32,000 bases of DNA, from the NCBI GenBank assembly GCA_048938295.1, contig JBHLMI010000004.1:30001-62000 (forward strand), in the 5' to 3' direction. Below, one piece after another: positions 7,772 to 15,066 of the stretch (within the stretch, counting starts at the first letter, position 1; every line of letters begins with the position of its first letter). This DNA comes from Promethearchaeota archaeon (lineage in GTDB: Archaea; Asgardarchaeota; Hermodarchaeia; Hermodarchaeales; Hermodarchaeaceae). Made by a program: the position numbers and the translations under genes. The notes below the pieces were generated by a model that ran no database searches, was not told the DNA's origin, and worked only from the letters and a program-made list of their open reading frames with translations.

Positions 7772-8797
7772 ATGATACACCAACTGTATCATTTTCACAA
7801 AAGTGGACTCGTGCTGACTTCCATTGGATTCGGTCCAATGACAGTGAACGTAAGCCCTGAACTCGTCTCAGGATTTCTCTCAGCCCTTCGAATGTTTGGA
7901 CAAGACCTTCTTGCGGATGATGTCACAACCATCGAAACGGGTAATTACCAGTTCGTCTGGGATTTCGCAGATCCTGTCTTGAGCGTGGCCCTCGCTGACC
8001 GAGAAGACGATGACGTCTCAATCATGGCCGTGCTCAAGACCCTCAACGCCTTGTTTCTAGACCGCTATCAAAAAGAGCTACGTCGCTGGACCGGAGAAAT
8101 TGCACCCTTCCGGCATTTCAACCCTATAGCTAGAGAGGTTGTGCAAGATTACTTACCAACCTTCGAAAAACCTCCGGAAACTGAAGCCCTCCGCCCAGCA
8201 ATTATTAGGCTTTGGCGCCGCTTTGGTCAGGGATTAGACATCCTTTTATATGGGCTCCTGCGGGGTATGCCAATCCTTGCAGTTGGACGGAAATCAAGAA
8301 ACCAGTCAGTGATTCGAGCACTTCAGACGATGCGTGGTCGACGAATCCCTGTAATGTATTTTGATGATGCAGGTGCAGCGCTGCAAGTGCTAAGAGATCG
8401 ACCACCCAACATGTCATTCATTCTTAGTCTCCCCAATCGCGCTTATGAGGAAACCTTTGCAGATTCATCCAATATGGGACTCACATATACCTGTCTATTA
8501 GTCGAAGAACACATCGTGTTGCCAGTGGGCTTTGATGCCAAATCATTGGGAATAGCTGATACCGTCGCACACGCCGAGAAGGTGCTTGGAGAAAGTGGGG
8601 CGGAACTGCGGAATATTACTGAAACGGCGTTTCTCACTGTCCGAGAAAGAATTAGAGGAGTAGCTAAACTTCTTGCACAGACGGACAAGATCCCGGATGA
8701 TGAGGCCGCTAGACTCCTTCGATTGGCAAAAGATGATTATTATATCTTCAAGGAACTGGCAATAGAAGGAGGTTATGTGAGACGTGCCCGAAAATGA
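7772..8797 (+). CDS. Longin-domain protein with a putative cDENN-like middle domain and C-terminal helical/wHTH-like segment
   Basis: aa ~1-125 fit the Asgard-type longin pattern (LYHFHKSGLVL; ELVSGFLSALRMFG; LF...Y...L..WTGEIAPF..F). aa ~150-250 (ILLYGLLRGMPILAVG ... VIRALQTM ... FILSL ... CLLVEEHIV) fit the cDENN core pattern by eye. Confidence 0.6.
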   Translation: MIHQLYHFHKSGLVLTSIGFGPMTVNVSPELVSGFLSALRMFGQDLLADDVTTIETGNYQFVWDFADPVLSVALADREDDDVSIMAVLKTLNALFLDRYQKELRRWTGEIAPFRHFNPIAREVVQDYLPTFEKPPETEALRPAIIRLWRRFGQGLDILLYGLLRGMPILAVGRKSRNQSVIRALQTMRGRRIPVMYFDDAGAALQVLRDRPPNMSFILSLPNRAYEETFADSSNMGLTYTCLLVEEHIVLPVGFDAKSLGIADTVAHAEKVLGESGAELRNITETAFLTVRERIRGVAKLLAQTDKIPDDEAARLLRLAKDDYYIFKELAIEGGYVRRARK

Positions 8798-9314
8798 AGA
8801 GACTGATAAGAGCCGCATTGAGAGAGAAGCTCGTACCTATAAAAAGATTCATGCTCTCCCAAAACGGTATTTTGACCTGATGAATAACGGAAGCACGCTC
8901 GCAAAACAGGGGAAATTTTCAGAAGCTGCAGAGACATTTGCTGAAGCCCGAGGAGAGGTAGCTAAGATTCTGCAACAACTCCTTGAGATGCCTAAAGAGC
9001 CCAAGACACAGATGTGGCAATTCTTTGGTATTCTCTGGGCATTCAAGCTCATCAAGAGTGTGTTCTATTATTTCCTTGCCCGAAGCGAGGCAGTTCAGAC
9101 GACAAAGGAGCGAGAAGCCCTACTAATGGCAGCTTTAGGTGCCCAACGCATTGGTGCAGATATGATCCCAGCCTTTGAAACACTGAACCAAAGCTTTACA
9201 GGTGAAGATCAAGACCTTCTTCCAATGCTGGGTGAAGCGATACGAAATTACGAAGAGAGACAGCGGATTTTAGAAAAAGCTTTAGCCAAACAAGGTTTGG
9301 ATTTCCGCATCTAA
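8784..9314 (+). CDS. Helical TPR-like hypothetical protein, overlapping the upstream gene by 14 nt
   Basis: LMNNGSTLAKQGKFSEAAETFAEAR is a TPR-like helix pair. The rest is predicted amphipathic helices. Confidence 0.55.
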   Translation: MPENEETDKSRIEREARTYKKIHALPKRYFDLMNNGSTLAKQGKFSEAAETFAEARGEVAKILQQLLEMPKEPKTQMWQFFGILWAFKLIKSVFYYFLARSEAVQTTKEREALLMAALGAQRIGADMIPAFETLNQSFTGEDQDLLPMLGEAIRNYEERQRILEKALAKQGLDFRI

Positions 9315-9321
9315 GGAGACC

Positions 9322-9339
9322 CTTTTTTCTGAAAAAAAG
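9322..9339. terminator. Oligo-T/oligo-A tract (CTTTTTTCTGAAAAAAAG) just after the stop at 9314
   Basis: T6 then A7 directly after the gene. Oligo-T tracts are the established archaeal termination signal. Confidence 0.45.
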
Positions 9340-9368
9340 CCGATTTATATACTTTATAAGGCAAAAGA

Positions 9369-9403
9369 AGGCGACAGAAATCTTTTTAAAGCAAAAGTCG
9401 CCT
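9369..9403 (+). promoter_or_regulatory. Histone-gene promoter: TTTTTAAA (9383-9390) bracketed by 7-bp inverted repeat AGGCGAC / GTCGCCT
   Basis: Seen directly: arms at 9369-9375 and 9397-9403 with a 21-nt spacer containing the TATA box. Confidence 0.5.
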
Positions 9404-9416
9404 AACCTCACTTTAG

Positions 9417-9454
9417 CGGCGTTTCTTCTCGTATTGAAATGGGAGAAGAAGCCG
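9417..9454 (+). other. Putative 5'-UTR stem-loop upstream of the histone gene
   Basis: CGGC-gt-TTCTTCTC (9417-9430) pairs with GAGAAGAA-GCCG (9443-9454): 12 bp, 2-nt bulge, 12-nt loop. Confidence 0.45.
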
Positions 9455-9479
9455 TGTCTTCAAGTTGGAGGATACAAAA

Positions 9480-9656
9480 TTGGCTGTTGATAAAATCGTA
9501 AAGAAAGCAATTTCAGCAAAAGCCCACAAGATGGGCTTCAATGTTTCTGCAGACGCATACAAAGCAATCGATGATGCTGTTGAAGCACTCATCACCAAGG
9601 CCACCCACCGAGCCAAAGCCAACAAGCGTAAGACCTTGATGGCCTACGACTTCTAG
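9480..9656 (+). CDS. Short histone-fold protein of the alpha3 class (face-to-face / bacterial-dimer type)
   Basis: NVSADA...AVEALITKA...AKANKRKTLMAYDF. The RKT..D motif is present, the alpha2 helix is 4 residues shorter than in HMf (as recalled), and the protein ends right after the Asp. GGAGGA at 9467-9472 supports TTG 9480 (58 aa) over the ORF-track start at 9465. Confidence 0.85.
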   Translation: MAVDKIVKKAISAKAHKMGFNVSADAYKAIDDAVEALITKATHRAKANKRKTLMAYDF

Positions 9657-9689
9657 CAATCCTGTGATCCTATTATTGAAGTAAGGACT

Positions 9690-9742
9690 GGGACAATCTC
9701 GTCGGCGAGCAGTTTGCGGGGGATTGTCCTCTTCTCTTTTTT
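9690..9742 (+). terminator. Stem-loop plus pyrimidine/T tract between convergent histone and membrane-protein genes
   Basis: GGACAATC (9691-9698) pairs perfectly with GATTGTCC (9722-9729), extendable by G-U/C-G pairs, followed by TCTTCTCTTTTTT. Confidence 0.55.
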
Positions 9743-9749
9743 AGGACCG

Positions 9750-10370
9750 CTAAGGGGTAAGCCCCTCATTTTCTGTGGTTCTTAACATTGTATCTTTCTT
9801 CCGTATCCTCTGATAAAGAGGAACAGCGAGGTAAGTGCGGATGATTAAGTATAGGGAGAGAAAGATCCCGACGAAACCAATTGCAATGGCAGCGAAGTAG
9901 GTGAAGGCGGCAATAAGGCTGGGGCCCCAGGCAAATGTGTGTATCGGGATGGCATACAAATGGAGTTGAAGCATAATGAGTAGGGCAGTAGGTGGTGCAA
10001 AAGGCATGATGAGAATAGGGACGAGTGCAGCGGCAATGAGGATTATGGATACAATGATGAAGGCAATAGCTAAAGGAACAATTGCTGAATCAAGAGATAT
10101 TCCCCTTTGTCCGATGAGGAGAAGAATGTGTTCATTGATATTGACAACGAGGGTCAAGACGACTGTGGTCATACAGGTCCCAATAATCCAGCTGAAGATA
10201 TAAACAACCCAAGAAGCATGTTCGGATTCAACACCAAAAAGAGAAAGAAAGGATTCATTGTACTTGAAGAACCAAGGAAGATAACGACGAAGACCGAGGA
10301 TTAAAACAGAGCATATGATTAGGACTGCCGTTGTAATGAAGAACCAAATTTGGTGGAGAGCCAAGCTCAT
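9750..10370 (-). CDS. Polytopic membrane protein (about 5 TM), unknown function
   Basis: Five long hydrophobic segments and a basic C-terminal tail. No recognised motif. Confidence 0.65.
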   Translation of the reverse strand: MSLALHQIWFFITTAVLIICSVLILGLRRYLPWFFKYNESFLSLFGVESEHASWVVYIFSWIIGTCMTTVVLTLVVNINEHILLLIGQRGISLDSAIVPLAIAFIIVSIILIAAALVPILIMPFAPPTALLIMLQLHLYAIPIHTFAWGPSLIAAFTYFAAIAIGFVGIFLSLYLIIRTYLAVPLYQRIRKKDTMLRTTENEGLTP

Positions 10371-10467
10371 AATGAATCACTTCGTGGTGTGGACACTGGT
10401 GAGGAAGGTCTCTAAAAGCTTACGTGTTTGGAATCTTTTCAAAAGAAATACGGAAAATAGCCTGCGA

Positions 10468-10481
10468 GCGGAATTTATAAG
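10468..10481 (+). promoter_or_regulatory. BRE/TATA (GCGGAA-TTTATAAG) for the roadblock gene
   Basis: TTTATAA at 10474-10480 in the divergent intergenic region. Confidence 0.5.
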
Positions 10482-10540
10482 CGGTTACGCCAATTAGAGA
10501 GTATTGCAGCGGAGTGATTAGCAAAAGCGGTGGAAGTGGT

Positions 10541-10927
10541 ATGTCTTCAACGTTGGATTCGCTAACAGACATCTTAGAGGAGCTTAATAAAACGGGTCGA
10601 GTGAGTGCAAGCATAGTCGCAGATGAAGAAGGATTCGTTATTGCTTCAGCGGTTAGTCGCGGTGTCGATGAAAAAGTCGCTGCAGTAATGGGAAGCATCG
10701 TTTTTAATAACGCCGATAGAGCCAGAGACGAGTTGAAATTAGGCTTAATGCGCGACATCACGATCCGATGCGAAAAAGGCTCTTTGGTGTGTAAGTCTAC
10801 GCCATTAGAGGACGGTAGACCTGTGGTCTTGGCGGCTTTGGTCCCACGAGCCACGAGATTCTATATCCGACAAATCAATAACTCATTGCGAAAAATACAG
10901 AATGTTCTCCGCGAACTGAATATCTAA
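10541..10927 (+). CDS. Roadblock/LC7 (MglB-like) domain protein
   Basis: Pattern L.DILEEL...GRVSASIVADEEGFVIAS ... VAAVMGSIV..ADRARDELKLG.MRDITIRCEKGSLV. ATG 10541 is preferred; the ORF track starts at GTG 10514. Confidence 0.85.
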   Translation: MSSTLDSLTDILEELNKTGRVSASIVADEEGFVIASAVSRGVDEKVAAVMGSIVFNNADRARDELKLGLMRDITIRCEKGSLVCKSTPLEDGRPVVLAALVPRATRFYIRQINNSLRKIQNVLRELNI

Positions 10928-10947
10928 CCTAACAGGTTTTTAGAATT

Positions 10948-11703
10948 TTGTGGAAGGTCTGGGGTGATTGTCTGGTTTCTATAAATGATGAAGAGCGAGT
11001 GCTTTCCTCATTCACGAATGGATTTCAGCTCCGGAGCCTTCTGGTTGCAACGAAAGGAGAATCATCGTTTCAATCAAACCACCTCGCCCAAATTATTCAT
11101 GACGCTGGATTCCTTCGTTCTTTAGAATCAGCCCAGCTACTAAAGAAGGATGGAAACCAATTGAATTTCCCAGGTTATGCAAAAATTCGAGTTGCCATTC
11201 GTGCATTGCAGTTGGGAGAACCCAACCGTCCTATACTTACCGCATTGACTTGGCAAGAATTCGAGGAATTTGTTGCCCATGTTCTAACCTTTCACGATTT
11301 CACGGTTCTGCATCGGTTTCGGTTCTCAACGAACCGCCGATTCGAGATTGATATTGTTGCGCATCGTCAGTCAGTTCTGTTATGTATTGATTGCAAGCAA
11401 TATGGCGTGAGGTCAGGGAAAGCGTCAAGCCTTCGAACTGCGGCTGAGGAACAGCTTCATCGTACAAAGGTATTAGCTGACAACTTCGCTCGATTTCAAG
11501 CAAATCTTGGTTGCCTTGACACAGCGCACCCGGTCTTAATTCCATTGCTGGTTACCATGATGAATGAAGACATCTTATTTCACGAGCAAGTTCCCATTAT
11601 CCCAGCACCCCTCTTCAATGCGTTCCTACTAGAATATGAACGGCAGCGAGATTCGCTGCGAGTTGTGCAACCAAGTTCTAGCCGGCAGAGCCGGCTCATC
11701 TGA
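10948..11703 (+). CDS. Mrr-like PD-(D/E)xK restriction-endonuclease-fold protein with N-terminal helical extension
   Basis: LTWQEFEEFVAHVL ... EIDIVA ... LLCIDCKQY matches the Mrr catalytic-domain pattern. Start codon uncertain. Confidence 0.7.
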   Translation: MWKVWGDCLVSINDEERVLSSFTNGFQLRSLLVATKGESSFQSNHLAQIIHDAGFLRSLESAQLLKKDGNQLNFPGYAKIRVAIRALQLGEPNRPILTALTWQEFEEFVAHVLTFHDFTVLHRFRFSTNRRFEIDIVAHRQSVLLCIDCKQYGVRSGKASSLRTAAEEQLHRTKVLADNFARFQANLGCLDTAHPVLIPLLVTMMNEDILFHEQVPIIPAPLFNAFLLEYERQRDSLRVVQPSSSRQSRLI

Positions 11704-12031
11704 GAAGCCGAGGATTCCCACCATTTTTTGCTAAAGCGCAATTTAGAGTCCAAAGAAAATCTTCAAGGAGTAATAGCATTTGATCAAGGTTTTGATGGGA
11801 TCCAGAGGAAAGCATTGAGCCACTCTCATTAATAATCGAATGCCCCTCTTGGATAAGGATAGCATGTATTTGCTCAAGGCTGTGGAAGAGAGCGGAGAGG
11901 TCATTTAACCGTTCCTCTGTAAGTCGCTTTTCCCCAATTCCTCGACCAGGTCCGCGTCGTTTTGACTGTTTCACACGTTTCTCCGATTTAAGGAGCATTG
12001 GACCGTTGGAGGGATTATAGGTTTCCTTCAT
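11696..12031 (-). CDS. Small hypothetical protein, probably co-transcribed with 12052..13815
   Basis: AGGAG-like RBS about 8 nt upstream on the minus strand, 20-nt gap from the upstream gene, helical C-terminal half. 3' end overlaps the convergent Mrr-like gene by 8 nt. Confidence 0.5.
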   Translation of the reverse strand: MKETYNPSNGPMLLKSEKRVKQSKRRGPGRGIGEKRLTEERLNDLSALFHSLEQIHAILIQEGHSIINESGSMLSSGSHQNLDQMLLLLEDFLWTLNCALAKNGGNPRLLR

Positions 12032-12051
12032 TTTTTTCTCCTGTGTTTCGG

Positions 12052-13815
12052 TTAGGGGTTAAAGTGGATCGGGTCTGGGTCCTGTAACTCACCAGTATGA
12101 GATTCTACGTGATCGAAAGCTGTCGGGAAGTATTCCCGGAACCATTGCCACTGTTGCTTTTCAAAATCGAATTGACAACGTTGATGAACCTTTGTCGGGA
12201 TGAAATCCTTGGCGCCGTTCCCATAGAAAATCGCAGCGTCAAACTCGCTTTGATCTAAAAAGAGATGGTTGAGTTCCCGACCCATTCTTAGGGCTAATCC
12301 TGTTGGTAAGCCAAAGGCAACGATACATCCTGGGGTAGGGTGATGAAATATCGAGCCTCCATAGAGAGGGGCTTCACGACAACCAGCAAGAAAATTGTGG
12401 ACTATCATATCACTACCCTCCAGGATGATGAATAAGGTCTCGTTGAGCCCTAGGTGGTGCATACTGAGATCGGGTCGCTCAAACAGCGCCTGTTGCGTGA
12501 ATAGGGATTTTATTCGTCGACGAATGACGTGTGAGGACTCACCCAGAAGCATCCCCAAATCCTCTGCTGAATTCTCGGGGGTGATGTGGGCAAGCAGTTG
12601 ATAATCCAGTGGATCTAAGTCAGCTGGTTCTGTGTTGGGTTCACTATACTCATAGATATAGGGTTGAGCCAAGATTTCTCCATAACCATCTCGAATCAGG
12701 ACATTGCGTAAATACCGAATCCAAGCCACCCACCGGAAGCGCTCGGCTACAGGGACATCCGACTCATGGGCAAGATAGCTTCGGAAATTATACCCGTTGA
12801 ACACACCGCTTAGGGGATAGAAGCGATAACGGAGTAAATGGCCCATTGCGACGAGTTCTTGGAGCCATTCATGGAGGCGGCGAAGGCGTAAGCGAGGTAG
12901 AGTGTAACTGAGAAGATAGGGAGCTCCAGCTCCCCCGAATCGGTGGATTTTCCGAAGATAAGGACACTGTTCGAGATAGCGTTGTACGTGACTGCCAGGT
13001 GCTGGGTAGGCGAGAACTGCGACATGGTTCAAGCGTATCCGTGGATAATTCACTCGATAGAATTTCGAGAACAGCAGTCTCTCACGAAAACTGGTCATAT
13101 AATTGCTTAAGGTGCCCAATGAGTGATGGGATAGCTTTTGCAGTTGACGCAGAGATGCAGTAGGATTTTCTTGAATCAGATGCAGCACACGAAGCTCCTG
13201 TTCAGTAAGAGGTGACGCATAGTTCAGCATGAAAGTTTCAAGGAGGTCGACGTATTCACGGGAACTTAAAGGTGTCATCGCAGGTTCTAATTCGTCAAAG
13301 AACGGGAGCACTCGACGAAGGAAGGTGCCTTGAGTGACTTGGTTGAAAACTGGAAAGGCGAGAGGGGCGTTATAATCAACATCGCCATAGAATCGTCGAG
13401 GGGAAACCACTTGCCACAAACGAAGGAGTTGGTCATGATTTTCTTCGGAGGTATGCTGGAACGCACACAGGATACCCAGATCACCACTTTCGGGTACAGC
13501 CCGCACCACCGGTGGTAGCAGTATAGTAAACATCTCTCGGTAGAGCACAGTTTCAAGGAGTAATGACCGATTCAGTAGCTGACTTGCCACACGAAATTTT
13601 TTATCTTTATAGGACCCACAAAAGCTTGGACACGTGAGGGCATCATCTCCATAAAATAGGATCTGGTCAGGGAGCGGTGGCGAACGGTTGGCCAAATGGG
13701 TGATGTCGGCTTGAATTCTTTTGAGTTGCCTTAGGATCTCTTGCCGATGATAGCGGCGCTGATTTGTACTGAGTGTTTCATCCTCATGTTGTTGTGTACG
13801 TGCCGGAGTCGCCAA
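12052..13815 (-). CDS. Large regulator-like protein with two Lrp/AsnC-type winged-HTH plus ferredoxin-like repeats and an unknown N-terminal domain
   Basis: HTH1: LTEQELRVLHLIQENPTASLRQLQKLSHHSLGTLSNYM..F....LF....VNYPRIRL. HTH2: LDPLDYQLLAHI....SAEDLGMLLGESSHVIRRRIKSL.......DLSMHHLGL. Each is followed by a beta-alpha-beta segment. Confidence 0.7.
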   Translation of the reverse strand: MATPARTQQHEDETLSTNQRRYHRQEILRQLKRIQADITHLANRSPPLPDQILFYGDDALTCPSFCGSYKDKKFRVASQLLNRSLLLETVLYREMFTILLPPVVRAVPESGDLGILCAFQHTSEENHDQLLRLWQVVSPRRFYGDVDYNAPLAFPVFNQVTQGTFLRRVLPFFDELEPAMTPLSSREYVDLLETFMLNYASPLTEQELRVLHLIQENPTASLRQLQKLSHHSLGTLSNYMTSFRERLLFSKFYRVNYPRIRLNHVAVLAYPAPGSHVQRYLEQCPYLRKIHRFGGAGAPYLLSYTLPRLRLRRLHEWLQELVAMGHLLRYRFYPLSGVFNGYNFRSYLAHESDVPVAERFRWVAWIRYLRNVLIRDGYGEILAQPYIYEYSEPNTEPADLDPLDYQLLAHITPENSAEDLGMLLGESSHVIRRRIKSLFTQQALFERPDLSMHHLGLNETLFIILEGSDMIVHNFLAGCREAPLYGGSIFHHPTPGCIVAFGLPTGLALRMGRELNHLFLDQSEFDAAIFYGNGAKDFIPTKVHQRCQFDFEKQQWQWFREYFPTAFDHVESHTGELQDPDPIHFNP

Positions 13816-13876
13816 GCTTTGATTCGCCCCCTGCTCGGCGGTTGCCCTTGAAAGAGGGAAAAGTCCTTGGTGCGTA

Positions 13877-14014
13877 TTTAAAGCCCACGAAGAGTCTCGG
13901 AATAATGACTTTAAATCGCGTTATTGTGTTTTCTGAGCCTCTTTTCGCGCTAAATTGATTTTAAAGTGTTTTCCACAAGTTTCCGAGTAAAATAAGCCCC
14001 TAAAAGGCTTTAAA
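13877..14014. repeat. Four copies of palindromic TTTAAA in the AT-rich region upstream of the double-HTH gene
   Basis: Copies at 13877, 13910, 13960 and 14009 (spacings 33, 50, 49). Confidence 0.35.
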
Positions 14015-14127
14015 TTCGTCATCTAACTAGTGTTGGCATTATACCATCGATAATTCTTTCATATGGAAAAAAAGTCCACTAAATATCATTATCAGTTGGA
14101 AAGCGAAAGAGACTTGCCAATGGCTGT

Positions 14128-15066
14128 TTAGGGTATGCGTCGGGTCAGTGGGTGGACTTCACAGGTACGATTTTTGCAGGTAGTGCACTCGGAACTTTGA
14201 TGCACCCAATAGTGGTCAAACCGTTCGACGAACTGCTTAACAAATTCCAAGTTGTTGGTCCAAGTAGCTTGTTCTCCGATCCCTGAGAGGCCTTTATTGG
14301 TAAAGTTAGCGCTCCCTTCTAGAACCTCTGATTCATCGATGATGAGAGATTTGATATGCATTTGAGCGCAGACTAGTATTTCGATCTTGGGTGCATCACT
14401 GAGAACTGTCTCAACGGCTTCTTGAAAGTGTGTGGCTGCAGCACCGAAGGCTTCGGGTTCCCGAATGATAATACGAATTTTAACACCTTCATTGGCTTTT
14501 GTTGTGAGCCGGCTGAGTAGGTTTACGTCGCAGGATTCAGTGCCTACGTTAATGGTTTTAACATCGGTGAAGTTCTGGACCATGATTCGGATACTGTGGC
14601 TGGCGCGGTCCAGCATCTCGACAAGGGTGCAGGCAATGGAGATCCCTTTGAGAAGTTGATGATGGTTTGAACGAACCCCTTCCCGGTATTCCAAGGGAGG
14701 TTCCCCAGTGCTATCTGTTTCCAGCTCTTCGTGGAGATCATCACCTGGAATGGGTTCCCCATCGTGGGTGATGGGTTCAGATATTGCCGGTACCTGGTTA
14801 TCGGGGAAGAAGCTATCCAATGCATCGACCAGATGCATGGGAAGGGGTTCTTCTCGCCGTAGGACTTTGGTAATCTCGACAAGAGTCTTTGCTCGTTGAT
14901 AGGCGAGTTTTGAAGAGGAGCCTGTAGAATGTTTTGCGATTTCGTTGAAGGCTTCAGCTGCTTTGAGTGCAGCATCGGATGCACGTTGAAAATCTCCTTG
15001 ACCCATGAACTTTCGGATGAGCAAGAGTGCTTCCTTTGCCACACGGCCTAATCGGGTAGTACTCAC
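14128..15066 (-). CDS. MIT-like three-helix domain + acidic/Pro linker + single-HKD phospholipase D/nuclease domain + C-terminal Cys/His motif
   Basis: Canonical HxKxxxxD (HIKSLIID, nt 14335-14358) followed by GSANFT; A..SIRIMV and GVKIRIII strands; C-terminal CTTCKNRTCEVH; N-terminal ~65 aa three-helix pattern like Vps4 MIT domains. Confidence 0.75.
   Translation of the reverse strand: MSTTRLGRVAKEALLLIRKFMGQGDFQRASDAALKAAEAFNEIAKHSTGSSSKLAYQRAKTLVEITKVLRREEPLPMHLVDALDSFFPDNQVPAISEPITHDGEPIPGDDLHEELETDSTGEPPLEYREGVRSNHHQLLKGISIACTLVEMLDRASHSIRIMVQNFTDVKTINVGTESCDVNLLSRLTTKANEGVKIRIIIREPEAFGAAATHFQEAVETVLSDAPKIEILVCAQMHIKSLIIDESEVLEGSANFTNKGLSGIGEQATWTNNLEFVKQFVERFDHYWVHQSSECTTCKNRTCEVHPLTRRIP

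Noticed and set aside
9657-9742. 3' stem-loop after the histone gene as a SECIS element or eukaryote-like histone stem-loop
   Set aside because: No in-frame UGA in the flanking genes, no AUGA/GA quartet, and no match to the 6-bp/4-nt-loop histone stem-loop. A terminator between convergent genes is sufficient.
14544-15044. 166-aa minus-strand ORF and other 60-140 aa ORFs nested in or antisense to longer genes (e.g. 3964..4377, 10420..10854, 24030..24389, 27632..28030)
   Set aside because: They overlap well-supported genes with recognisable motifs, have no motifs of their own and show shadow-frame composition.
10948-15066. Mrr-like nuclease plus PLD-domain gene as a defence island
   Set aside because: No methyltransferase, helicase, toxin-antitoxin pair, integrase or other mobile signature is nearby, and the genes are on opposite strands separated by a regulator. 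It cannot be fully excluded for the PLD protein.
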